Assembly (NCBI GenBank): GCA_963767005.1
Contig: CAVYCN010000006.1
Location: 64,001-128,000, forward strand
Reading direction: 5' to 3'
DNA: 64,000 bases
From: an uncultured Actinomycetes bacterium
GTDB taxonomy: Bacteria; Actinomycetota; Thermoleophilia; UBA2241
Position 1 is the stretch's first letter, and each line of letters starts with the position of its first letter. The position numbers and the translations under genes were made by a program. The notes under the pieces are model-generated. The model was not told the DNA's origin. It saw nothing but the letters and a program-made list of their open reading frames with translations, and searched no databases. Shown piece after piece: positions 1 to 11,107 of this stretch.

Positions 1-4
1 AGCC

Positions 5-1101
5 GTGAGCGGCACCGCGCTGCGCTTCGTCGCCCTGCTCGACGGCACGACCGCCGGCGCTGCCGGTCAGGCGCGCGCCCTGGGCGCCTTCATCGACGGC
101 CTGTCGACGACCGCCGCGACGGTCTCGGGCGAGACCGTCGTCTTCTGCGCCGACCCGGTCGCCGGCCGCGAGCTCGCCGACCTCGCACCGACCAGCGACG
201 TGCGGCTCGTCGCGACGCCGGCCCGCCGACCCGAGCTCATGGTCGAGCGCCTGCTCGCGTCCGGCGCCGCCGGCGCCGACCTCTACCTGGCCGGGCCGGG
301 CTCGACCGGCGCCGAGCTCGCCACGCGCCTCGCCTGCCGTGCCGGCGGCGGCGCCTTGACGGGCGTCGTCGACCTCCGCCTTGCCGGCGAGACGGCGCGC
401 TGCCACGCCGCCGTGTGCTCCGGCCACCTGACCGGAAGCTTCGACCTCACGCGGCGACCCTGGTGTCTGAGCCTCGACGCCGCCTGGGCCGACGAGCGGC
501 CCGCAGCACCTGCCGAGCACCGCGTGCTGTCCGGCGGCCCGGACGGGGTCGCAGCCGGCGAGTCGAGCGACGCCGCGCCGGCGGCGGCGCGGAGCGCGGC
601 CGCCTCTCTCGGCGACGAAGGTCCGCTCGTTGAGCCCTTCGCCGACGTCGAGCTCGTCGCGCCGGCGGCGGCCAGCGACCTCGCGGGAGCCCGCTTTCTC
701 GTAGTCGCCGGCTACGGCGCCGGCCGCGACGGCGTCGCCCGCCTGGCCGCCGCGGCGCGCCGCATGGGGGCGGCCTTCGGCGTGAGCCGCCCGGTCGCGA
801 TGAACGCCTGGGCGCCGCTCGACCGACTGGTCGGCGCCTCGGGAGCACGCAGCGCGCCGCTCGTGTGCGTCGTGGCGGCCGCCTCGGGCGCACCGGCGCT
901 GTACTGGGGGATCGAACGGGCCGGCTTCGTCGCGGCGGTCAACTCAGACGAGCATGCCCCCATCGCGCGCAAGGCCGACGCCGTCGTGGTCGACGACGCC
1001 GTCGCCGTGGTCGAGGCCCTCGCCGAGATCGTGGAGTCGCAGCCGCGCGGCGCTAGCGCGCCGCCCGCCGGCGGTCCGCGCCCGCAATCCGTTCGCTCGG
1101 G

Positions 1102-1105
<4 letters not shown>
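5..1105 (+). CDS. etfA: Electron transfer flavoprotein alpha subunit (EtfA/FixB), divergent
   Basis: C-terminal ETF-alpha FAD domain (VVAGYG...GVSRPVAMNAW...VGASG...AVNSDEHAPI..KAD). GTG start in a GTGA overlap suggests an upstream gene, probably etfB. Confidence 0.8.
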
Positions 1106-3269
<2,164 letters not shown>

Positions 3270-3273
<4 letters not shown>

Positions 3274-4166
3274 TTCGAGAAGGCGGTCCGCACGCCGTCC
3301 GCGATGAGGTTGATGGCGATGACAAGCGACGCCAGCGCCAGGGCCGGGAACAGCACGACCCAGGGCGAGCTCTGCAGGACGCCGCGCTCGGTGGCCACGA
3401 CGAGGCCCCAGTCGGACGACGGCGGCTCGAGGCCGAAGCCGAGGAACGAGAGCGTCGCCACCGTGAACACGGCGTAGCCGAGGCGCACGGTGCCCTCGAC
3501 GACGATCGGCTGCGTGATGTTGGGCAGGATCTCGCGCGCCATGACGAAGGCCGAGCGCTCGCCGCGCAGACGGGCCGCCATGACGTACTCGCGCTCGCGC
3601 TCGCCGATCACCGCCGAGCGGATGGTACGCGACACGACCGGCGTGAAGAGCGCGCCGATCACAAGGATGAGGATGGCGTACGACCGGCCCAGCAGCGAGA
3701 TCACGAGGATCGACGTGATGATGATCGGCAGCGCCAAGAAGGCGTCGACCACGCGCATGATGATGTCGTCGGTGAGGCCCCGGTAGAATCCGGCGACGAG
3801 GCCGACGATCCCGCCCCAGAGCAGGCACAGGACGGTGGCCAGCGGCGCGATGATGAGCACGCTGCGGGCGCCGGCCATGGTGCGGGCGAACACGTCGCGG
3901 CCGAGGTCGTCGGTGCCGAACCAGTGGCCGCCGCCGGGCGAGGCCAGGATCGCGCCGGTCGGCGTGGTCGGACTCTGCGTCACGTGGGTCGAGAAGATCG
4001 CCATGAAGACCCAGAAGCCGACGATGACGAGACCGACCAGGAACGTCGGACTGCGAAACAGGGTCCGCAGGACGTAGCGCCGCTGGCGGCGCTGCTCGGC
4101 CGCGGCGGCCGCGTTGGCCTGCGTCTCGAGCGCACCCCGGTCTGGTGTCGTGCCGGTCGTCGCCAC
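3270..4166 (-). CDS. Peptide ABC transporter permease (OppC/DppC)
   Basis: HWFGTDDLGRDVFAR motif, EYVMAARLRG loop, LSFLGFG...DWG. Confidence 0.93.
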
Positions 4167-4167
4167 G

Positions 4168-5118
4168 TCAGGTCGACTTGCGGATACGCGGGTTGAGCAG
4201 GGCCACGACGATGTCGGCGGTCAGGTTGGCGGCCATGTAGATCAGAGCGATCACGAGCACGCAGGCCTCGAGCAGCGGCTGGTCGTGAAAGAGGGCGGCG
4301 TTGACCGTGTAGTTGCCGATGCCCGGGTAGTTGAACAGCGTCTCGATCACGACGAGGCCGCCGATCAGCCAGCCGATCTGGCTGCCGATCACGGTGACGG
4401 TCGGCACCATCGCGTTGCGCAGCACGTGGCTGAACACGACACGTGCGCGCGGCATGCCCTTCAGCGTGGCCGTGCGGATGTAGGGCTGGTCGAGGACCTG
4501 GGCGGTGCCGGCCCGTGCCATGCGCGCGATGTAGCCGAGCTCGACGAGCATGAGCGGGATGGCCGGCAGGATCAGGTAGTAGAAACGGTCGATGAACGGA
4601 CCCGGCGTCTGGGGCATCGCGTAGGACGGCAGCCAGCTCAGGACCACCGAGAAGATCACGATGAGGATGACGCCGCTCACGAACTCGGGCATGACCGTCA
4701 TCGACAGCGAGAAGATCGTGATCGCCCGGTCGAGCGGGCTGTCGCGGTGCAGCCCGGCGAACACGCCCAAAGCGATCGAGGTGGGCACGATGATGATCAG
4801 CGCGAAGCCGCCGAGCAGTAGCGAGTTGCCGAGCGAGTGCCAGACGATCGAGGTGACCGACAGGTTGGTGTACTGCAGCGAGTTGCCGAGGTGGCCGGTC
4901 AGGAAGTGACCGGCCCACTCGAAGTAGCGCACGTAGATGGGCCGGTCGACGCCCAGCTTGTGGTCGAGCGCCTTGACGGCCGATTGAGTGGCGTAGGGAC
5001 CCAGGCGGACCCGGCCGATGTCGCCGGGCAGCACCTCGGACAAAGCGAACACGAGGATCGACACCAGCACCAGCGTCGGCAGCATGAGCAGCAGCCGGCG
5101 CGCGATGTATCGTGCCAT
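4168..5118 (-). CDS. Peptide ABC transporter permease (OppB/DppB)
   Basis: YIARRLL start, YIRTATLKG...HVLRNA, VIETLFNYPGIG. Confidence 0.93.
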   Translation of the reverse strand: MARYIARRLLLMLPTLVLVSILVFALSEVLPGDIGRVRLGPYATQSAVKALDHKLGVDRPIYVRYFEWAGHFLTGHLGNSLQYTNLSVTSIVWHSLGNSLLLGGFALIIIVPTSIALGVFAGLHRDSPLDRAITIFSLSMTVMPEFVSGVILIVIFSVVLSWLPSYAMPQTPGPFIDRFYYLILPAIPLMLVELGYIARMARAGTAQVLDQPYIRTATLKGMPRARVVFSHVLRNAMVPTVTVIGSQIGWLIGGLVVIETLFNYPGIGNYTVNAALFHDQPLLEACVLVIALIYMAANLTADIVVALLNPRIRKST

Positions 5119-5165
5119 ACCCGGGTCCCTACGCCTTTCTCAGCAAGAGACGGTGAAGCTCAGGG

Positions 5166-6845
5166 TCACTTCGTTACGTACGCCTGCGCGGCGTTGAAGT
5201 AGAACGAGCCGGGGCCCTGGACGCCGTAGACGTTCTTCCACTGCGTGCGCAGCTGCGAGATGAAGAACGCGACCAGGATCGGCGTCTCGTCCTGCTGGAT
5301 CGACGACAGCTTGGTGGCCAGCGTCGTGCGGGTGGCCTCGTCGGTGGTCGACTCGTACTGGTTGAACGCAGTGACGAAGTCGGGGTTGTTCCAGTGCGAC
5401 GAGCTCCAGGCGCTGGTCGGCAGGAGCATGGCCTGCGCGTAGACGCCCGGGGTGGGCCGGCTGCCCCACTCGACGATGACCATCGGCGCGTTCAGCCACG
5501 GCGTGGTGCTGTTGCTGCCGGAGTAGATCGCGTTGTAGCTGATCTCGTTGATCTTGACGTTGATGCCGGCCGGCTTGCACTGCGCCTGGATGAGCTGCGC
5601 GTAGGCCGGGTTCTCGAGGTAGTTGGCGACGGTCAGCGTGACGTCGAGGCCGTTCGGATGACCGGCCGCCGACAGCAGCGACTTGGCCTTGGCGATGTTG
5701 ACGTTGCGCACCGCCGGGGTCGGGCTGCCCGGGAAGATCGTCGGCTCCCAGAAGGTGTCGTAGCCGAGGTTGCTGCGGCCGCCGTAGAGCGCCTTGTTGA
5801 TGGCGTTGCGGTCGAGGCACCAGGCGACGGCCTGGCGGATGCGCTTGTCCTGCCACGGCGTCTTGTTGACGTTGAAGGCGACCTCGCGGATACCGCTCGA
5901 CGGGTAGACGTCGACGCGCAGGTTGGTGTCGCTCAGGACCGACTGGCCGCCCTGGAAGACGGTCTGCGGCTGCACGTCGACGGCGTGGGACTGCAGCTGC
6001 AGGTTGGCCGCCGAGGCGTCGGTGACGAGGATGAAGTCGAGCTCGTCGAGGTACGGGAGCTGGCGGCCCTGGGCGTCCTTGCCCCAGTAGGACGGGTTCT
6101 TGACCATCGTGACGCGCTGGTTGGTCACGAAGCTCTTGATCATCCACGGGCCGGTGCCGACGGCCTTCTTCTGGAAGTTGCCGTCGTAGTTGCGCGGCAG
6201 GATGGCCGTGTTGTACGACGACGAGCTCACCAGGTACGGGAAGTCGGCGAAGGGCTTTTCGAGGTTGAACTGCACCGTGTGCGTGTCGACCGCCTTGGTG
6301 CCGCCCGGCGAGAGGATGCCGGCGAGGGCGGCGAGAGCGCCCGAACCGCTCTTGGGATTGATGACCCGCTCGATGCTCGCCACGACGTCGGCGGCCTCGA
6401 AGGGGCTGCCGTCGTTGAACGTGACGCCCTGGCGCAGGTCGAACGTCCAGACGTCGCCCTTCTGGTTGGGCGTCCACTTGACGGCCAGCTTGGGCACGAG
6501 GGCGTTGGTGTTGCTCAGGTCGATCAGGTACTCGGCGACCTGATAGACGAGCACGATGCCGCCCTGGTCGTAGATGGTGACCGGGTCGAGCGTCTTGAGC
6601 GGCGGCGGGATGATGGCCTTGAGGGTGCCGCCGGTGACGACCGCAGGCGCCGAGGCGCTCGCCGATGGCGTCGTGGCGGTGCTGCCGCCGGAGCTGCCGC
6701 AGGCGGCCAGGAGCTGGCCGACGACCGTGGCCGAAAGGCCGAACACCGACGCGCGCACCAAGAGCTGGCGCCGCGTCATCTTCCCCGTGAGCACCTGCTC
6801 GACGAGGTGCTGCCCGTATTCGCGTGCGTACTGCTCATCCGTCAT
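5166..6845 (-). CDS. ABC substrate-binding protein family 5, Tat-exported lipoprotein
   Basis: TRRQLL twin-arginine motif, LLAAC lipobox, WTFDLRQGVTFNDG and GTGPW signatures. GGGGGAG RBS before ATG 6845. Confidence 0.92.
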   Translation of the reverse strand: MTDEQYAREYGQHLVEQVLTGKMTRRQLLVRASVFGLSATVVGQLLAACGSSGGSTATTPSASASAPAVVTGGTLKAIIPPPLKTLDPVTIYDQGGIVLVYQVAEYLIDLSNTNALVPKLAVKWTPNQKGDVWTFDLRQGVTFNDGSPFEAADVVASIERVINPKSGSGALAALAGILSPGGTKAVDTHTVQFNLEKPFADFPYLVSSSSYNTAILPRNYDGNFQKKAVGTGPWMIKSFVTNQRVTMVKNPSYWGKDAQGRQLPYLDELDFILVTDASAANLQLQSHAVDVQPQTVFQGGQSVLSDTNLRVDVYPSSGIREVAFNVNKTPWQDKRIRQAVAWCLDRNAINKALYGGRSNLGYDTFWEPTIFPGSPTPAVRNVNIAKAKSLLSAAGHPNGLDVTLTVANYLENPAYAQLIQAQCKPAGINVKINEISYNAIYSGSNSTTPWLNAPMVIVEWGSRPTPGVYAQAMLLPTSAWSSSHWNNPDFVTAFNQYESTTDEATRTTLATKLSSIQQDETPILVAFFISQLRTQWKNVYGVQGPGSFYFNAAQAYVTK

Positions 6846-6933
6846 GGCGTCACTCCCCCTGATACTGGACCCTTCCACACACTTGCGACGGGGCGAGAGC
6901 CACGGGCCGGCCGTGCCCCGATCAGTCTCCGCC

Positions 6934-6962
6934 ACCATACACAGCGGCCTGCCTTCATGCAA
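6934..6962 (-). promoter_or_regulatory. Sigma70-type promoter of the ABC operon
   Basis: TTGCAT-N17-TATGGT, with TG extension, on the minus strand. Confidence 0.6.
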
Positions 6963-7118
6963 TACGAATCAACCACTCGATTAGCGGCGAGACGCCTGTA
7001 AGAGAATCATTGTTCGGCAAACCCCCGTCGGGACCGGCGATTCGCTTGCTTCACCGCGGCCCTGCCAACAGATGTGCGCTCGTCGAGTGCCGGTCACGGC
7101 TCCCCCGCCGCGCTGAGC

Positions 7119-8477
7119 TCACGCGCCGAGCCACACGCCCTGCCGACCAAGCTCCGCCTGCACGCGGCAGACGTCGACGGCGCTGGTGCCGCCGCCGCTC
7201 AGCGACACGGCGGCGGCGACCCCGGCGGCCTGGCCGGTCACCGCGCAGCACATCTGGTTGCGGGTCGCGGCGTGCGCGACGCGGTCGCCGGCGACGCAGC
7301 GCCCCGCGACCAGCAGGTTCTCGACACCCTCGGGCACGAGCACGCCGTAGGGCACCTGAAAGTAGCGGCCGGTCGTCGGCAGCACGAGCAGGCCGTAGCC
7401 GTCGATGAACTCGGGAAACACGCCGACCGCGTCGGCGAAGCGCGCCTCGCCCCGCACGTCGTTGCCGGTCAGCTCGTAACGCCCGACGATCTTGCGCGAG
7501 TCGCGCACGCCCAGGGTCATGCCGAAGGCACGCAGCCGGGCGCGCTCGAACCCGGGCGTGAAGCGGCGCAGGGCCTCGATTGCCAGCAGCGCCCGGCGCC
7601 GCCCCTCGATCTCGGCACGCGTCAGGTCGCGCACGTCGGTCGCGTCGTAGCCGCCCATCACCACGAGGTTGAGCGAGCTCACCTCGCCGTCGTCGCTGAC
7701 GTGGCCCCAGGTGCCGCCGATGCCCTGCACGTCGGTGGGGATCACACCGGCCTTGCGCGCCAGGTCGAAGGGCTCCTGCAGATAGGGGCTGAAGAGGTCG
7801 TCCTCTTTGCCGGTCGTCTCGACGTGCCAGCCGCTCGTCCAGTCGCCGTAGGTGGGAGCGACGATCGCCACATGATCGAGGAACCGGCGCTTGTCGACGC
7901 CCGAGCACGAGAACATCACGGTGACGCCGAGCGACTCGCCGGGCGCGATCGTGCGGCAGGGCGCGCCGGCGCGGCAGGCCAGGTCGGCGTCGCCGGTCGC
8001 GTCGATCACCCGTGCGGCGAGCACGGCCTGACGCCCCGACTTGCTCTCGGTGATGACTCCCCTGACGCGGCCGCCCTCGACGAGCGGCTCGACGGCGAGG
8101 CAGTGCAGCAACGGCTCGACCCCCGCCTCTTCGACGACGCGGTCGGCCACCACCTTGAAGAGCTCGGGGTCGAGCGCCTGGCTGCACGACTGCGCGTCGG
8201 GCGTCGTGGCGCCCATCTCCGCGGCGCGTCGCTCGAGCTCGACACCGATGCCGCGCAGGTCGACCGTGCCCTCGTGGCGGTACCAGGCGATCGTGTCGAC
8301 GCCGACCTGGGTGATCACGCCCCCCAGGCAGCCGTAGCGCTCGAGCAGCGTGGTGTGGGCGCCGGCGCGGGCGGCGGCCAGGGCGGCCGCCAGGCCGCCC
8401 GGGCCGCCGCCCACCACCAGGACCTCGGTCTCGCACAGGACGGGCGTACGACGAGCCGCCTCACGCACGTGACTCAC
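7119..8477 (-). CDS. FAD-dependent oxidoreductase (FAD_oxidored family)
   Basis: VVGGGPGG Rossmann motif, IDATGDADL, NLLVAGRC, TGQAAG. Start codon uncertain. Confidence 0.88.
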   Translation of the reverse strand: MSHVREAARRTPVLCETEVLVVGGGPGGLAAALAAARAGAHTTLLERYGCLGGVITQVGVDTIAWYRHEGTVDLRGIGVELERRAAEMGATTPDAQSCSQALDPELFKVVADRVVEEAGVEPLLHCLAVEPLVEGGRVRGVITESKSGRQAVLAARVIDATGDADLACRAGAPCRTIAPGESLGVTVMFSCSGVDKRRFLDHVAIVAPTYGDWTSGWHVETTGKEDDLFSPYLQEPFDLARKAGVIPTDVQGIGGTWGHVSDDGEVSSLNLVVMGGYDATDVRDLTRAEIEGRRRALLAIEALRRFTPGFERARLRAFGMTLGVRDSRKIVGRYELTGNDVRGEARFADAVGVFPEFIDGYGLLVLPTTGRYFQVPYGVLVPEGVENLLVAGRCVAGDRVAHAATRNQMCCAVTGQAAGVAAAVSLSGGGTSAVDVCRVQAELGRQGVWLGA

Positions 8478-8631
8478 GCGTTCACCGTCCAATAGAGCGT
8501 GGCGTATGGACCCATTCCCAGCCTCCAGACGGCGCTGTGGCGGCGCCGATCCGCCACGTTCGCGCGAGCGGCCGAAGCCTCGGTGGCACCGGTCCGCTGC
8601 CGTCGGCGAACGGTCGCAGCGGCCCTTCGCC

Positions 8632-8680
8632 GATTGACCGGTCTGGTAGGATGGCCCCCTGGCTAACCGACCGGTCAATC
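8632..8680. promoter_or_regulatory. Inverted pair of probable TetR operators in a divergent promoter
   Basis: GATTGACCGGTCTGGTAG (8632-8649) and CTAACCGACCGGTCAATC (8663-8680) are 16/18 reverse complements, between the oxidoreductase and tetR genes. Confidence 0.65.
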
Positions 8681-8825
8681 AGCCAGCCATTCCACCGCAG
8701 CGCGGAAGGAGTGTCAACCTGGGTCGGCCGGTGGGGGGCCGGCGGACGGTGGGGGGGCCGGCGGACGGCCACGGCGGCCGGACAGACTGCAGCGCGGAAA
8801 CGAGCCACGGCACGGGGGGAAGGAC

Positions 8826-9623
8826 GTGACGAGCGGCGACGAGAGCACGACCGCCAGGCCGGCAGGGCGGTCGACCGGGGGTCGGGCGGGTGCCGCAACA
8901 GGCCCGGCCGGGCGCGACCGTCGTGCGGCGACCACACGGCGCTACAAGGCCGACGTCCCGTCGGGCCGCCACTTCGACGACCCCCTCCCCACTCTGCCCG
9001 CGACGGCACGCAACCTGCTGCTGGCCGCCAAGCACATCATCGCGAGCCAGGGCTTTCACGCGCTCACGCTGAACAGCGTGGCGGCGGCGTCGGGCGAGAA
9101 CAAGGCGATGATCGCCTACTACTTCGGCAACAAGGCCGGCCTCGTGGCGGCGGTGCTGGACTCGGTCATCCACGACGAGTACGTCGCCTCGCTGAACCGC
9201 ATGAAGCACGTCGACCCGGCGCGCCGCTCCCATCAGCTCATCGAGGAGATGGGGCGCATGGCGAGCTCCACCGACGAGTTCTGCGTGTTCTTCGAGATGC
9301 TGCCCCACGTGCTGCGCGACGACGCCTTGCGGCTCCGGATCGCCCAGCTCTACCGCTGGTACTGGAGCATGAAGCTGCAGTGGCTCGGGGCGACCGACGG
9401 GGCGCTCGACGATCCCGAGCTGCTCGGCCTCACCCAGCTTCTCTCGGCCGTGATCGACGGCCTCGCCGTCCAGGTGGCCGTCGACCCGGCGATCGACCTC
9501 GCCAACCCGCTGGGCGTGCTCGCCGCGATGCTGCCGGACTCGCCGGGGCTGCCCCGGCCGACGGCGACCGGTCCTGCAGACGACGCCGGGCACACCCCGG
9601 CGCCGGCGCCCGAGCGACCGTAA
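8826..9623 (+). CDS. TetR/AcrR family transcriptional regulator
   Basis: HTH GFHALTLNSVAAASGENKAMIAYYFGNKAGL; TetR_C-like helical C-terminus. Confidence 0.9.
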   Translation: MTSGDESTTARPAGRSTGGRAGAATGPAGRDRRAATTRRYKADVPSGRHFDDPLPTLPATARNLLLAAKHIIASQGFHALTLNSVAAASGENKAMIAYYFGNKAGLVAAVLDSVIHDEYVASLNRMKHVDPARRSHQLIEEMGRMASSTDEFCVFFEMLPHVLRDDALRLRIAQLYRWYWSMKLQWLGATDGALDDPELLGLTQLLSAVIDGLAVQVAVDPAIDLANPLGVLAAMLPDSPGLPRPTATGPADDAGHTPAPAPERP

Positions 9624-9634
9624 GGGGGCGCGGC

Positions 9635-10135
9635 TTGAAACGCGCGGTCCACGGTACGCAGAACGTCAGCCGCATGTGTCTGGTCTGCGGAGTCGAGAAC
9701 GAAGCCGGTCTGCACGGCAGCTTCCACGAGCTCGAGGGCGGCGAGCTGCTCGGCGTGTTCCGGCCGGGCCCCGAGCACCAGAGCTACCCCGGCCGCCTGC
9801 ACGGCGGGATCTCCTCGGCCATGCTCGATGAGACCATCGGCCGCGCCGTCACGATCGCCCACCCCGGCACCTGGGGAGTGACGGCCGAGCTCACCGTGCG
9901 CTTCCGCAAACCCGTGCCGCTCGACGGCGAGATCAGGGTGGTCGGCCGCATCACGCGCGACACGAGCCGCCTGTTCGAGGGCAGCGGCGAGATCGTGCTC
10001 GGCGACGGCACCGTCGCCGTCGAGGCCCGCGGCAAGTACGTGAAGATGCCGCTCGACGCCATCACCGACGGCGACTTCGACGAGCGCGACTGGTTCACCG
10101 ACCCGCGCACCCCGCCCGACACCGTCGAGCTGTAG
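9635..10135 (+). CDS. PaaI-family (hotdog) thioesterase
   Basis: CLVCG..N..GL and HQSYPGRLHGGISSAMLDETIG. TTG start with GGGGG RBS. Confidence 0.88.
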   Translation: MKRAVHGTQNVSRMCLVCGVENEAGLHGSFHELEGGELLGVFRPGPEHQSYPGRLHGGISSAMLDETIGRAVTIAHPGTWGVTAELTVRFRKPVPLDGEIRVVGRITRDTSRLFEGSGEIVLGDGTVAVEARGKYVKMPLDAITDGDFDERDWFTDPRTPPDTVEL

Positions 10136-10310
10136 CGGCCGGCGGCCCGCGCAGCGGCCCGCCGCACCGCCCGAGCAAGAGGACCCGCTCCTGTGCGGCG
10201 GGCCGACAGCCGGCGGATCGGACCCGACCATGACTCGGGCCGACCGCGCCGGCCATCGCCCCTCCGCGCCTCTCGAGCCAGCGGCACCCCTGCCTATTCC
10301 CCACCGCCAC

Positions 10311-10449
10311 CTCGCCCCACCGTTGGTCGCCCGGCCCCGCCTCGCCCTACCGTCGGTCGCCCAGCCCGCCGTCTCGCCGCACCGTCGGTCGACCGAGCTG
10401 CCGCCTGGCCCCACCGTTGGTCGACCGGCCGGCCCGCCGCCTCGCCCCA
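10311..10449. repeat. Intergenic array of 4.5 imperfect ~22-bp units, 30-36 bp period
   Basis: CTSGCCNNACCGTYGGTCGMCC at 10311, 10341, 10373 and 10405, partial copy at 10441. Confidence 0.85.
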
Positions 10450-10474
10450 GGCCTCTGCGCGCCGGTGCCGGCGA

Positions 10475-10505
10475 TTGTTGAGGCAAACTCATAACAGGGT
10501 AGACT
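10475..10505 (+). promoter_or_regulatory. Promoter with overlapping imperfect palindrome (probable MarR operator)
   Basis: AT-rich TGTTGAG-GCAAA-CTCATAACA followed by a TAGACT -10. Confidence 0.5.
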
Positions 10506-10555
10506 CACAGTCGTGCCGTGAGCGGCACGATGCTCTCGAGCGAACGGAGAGACCC

Positions 10556-11107
10556 ATGACCACCCAGACGACCGCCGCGACGTCCAGCGGACCGGCGCGA
10601 GCCGGCGCCGACCTCGTCGGCCAGCTCGCCGAGCTGCTGGCCTGCGCGTCGTGGCGGTTGCGCCGCACCGCGCGCGCCGAGCTCGAGCCGTTCGGCCTGA
10701 CCTTCGGCCAGGCCCGCGCCCTGCGCCTGCTGTCGCGCGCCGGCGAGCCCTTGCGCATCGGCGAGCTCGCCGCCCGCCTCGAGATCGTGCCGCGCTCGGC
10801 GACGACGATGGTCGACACGCTCGAGGCCGCCGCCCTCGTGTCGCGGCGGCCCGACCCGCTCGACCGCCGCTCGATCCTTGTCTGTCTCACCGCCACCGGC
10901 GACGAGCTCGTGGCGCGCCTCGGCCGGGCCCGCAGGGCCAGCGCCGAGGCGCTCTTCGCACGGCTCGAGCGGCCCCAGGCCGAGCAGCTTCGCGACCTGC
11001 TCGCCACGCTGCTCGAACGTGCGCCGGGGCCGCGAGGCGAGCCCGCCCCCGCGAGCCCGCGGGCGGCGCGGGGCAAGCCGGCGTCGCCGGACGGGGCCGC
11101 CTCATGA
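10556..11107 (+). CDS. MarR family regulator
   Basis: Winged HTH (LTFGQARAL...IGELAARL...DPLDRRS). GGAGAG RBS. Confidence 0.9.
   Translation: MTTQTTAATSSGPARAGADLVGQLAELLACASWRLRRTARAELEPFGLTFGQARALRLLSRAGEPLRIGELAARLEIVPRSATTMVDTLEAAALVSRRPDPLDRRSILVCLTATGDELVARLGRARRASAEALFARLERPQAEQLRDLLATLLERAPGPRGEPAPASPRAARGKPASPDGAAS

Noticed and set aside
3274-3828. N-terminal extension of the 908-aa ABC ATPase
   Set aside because: It overlaps the OppC permease out of frame; ATG 3273 gives the standard 4-bp coupling.
6846-7050. Riboswitch upstream of the peptide ABC operon
   Set aside because: No recognisable aptamer consensus; a plain promoter explains the AT-rich patch.
8728-8770. G-rich tandem duplication (CGGTGGGGGGCCGGCGGA x2) as a G-quadruplex
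   Set aside because: Only two long G-runs, unremarkable at this GC content.
8537-9634. 532-aa ORF suggesting a long thioesterase fusion
   Set aside because: The upstream part overlaps tetR out of frame; the thioesterase has its own TTG start and RBS at 9635.
10311-10449. CRISPR array (also considered for 19372-19463)
   Set aside because: Units are degenerate, spacers are under 15 bp and similar to each other, and there are no cas genes.
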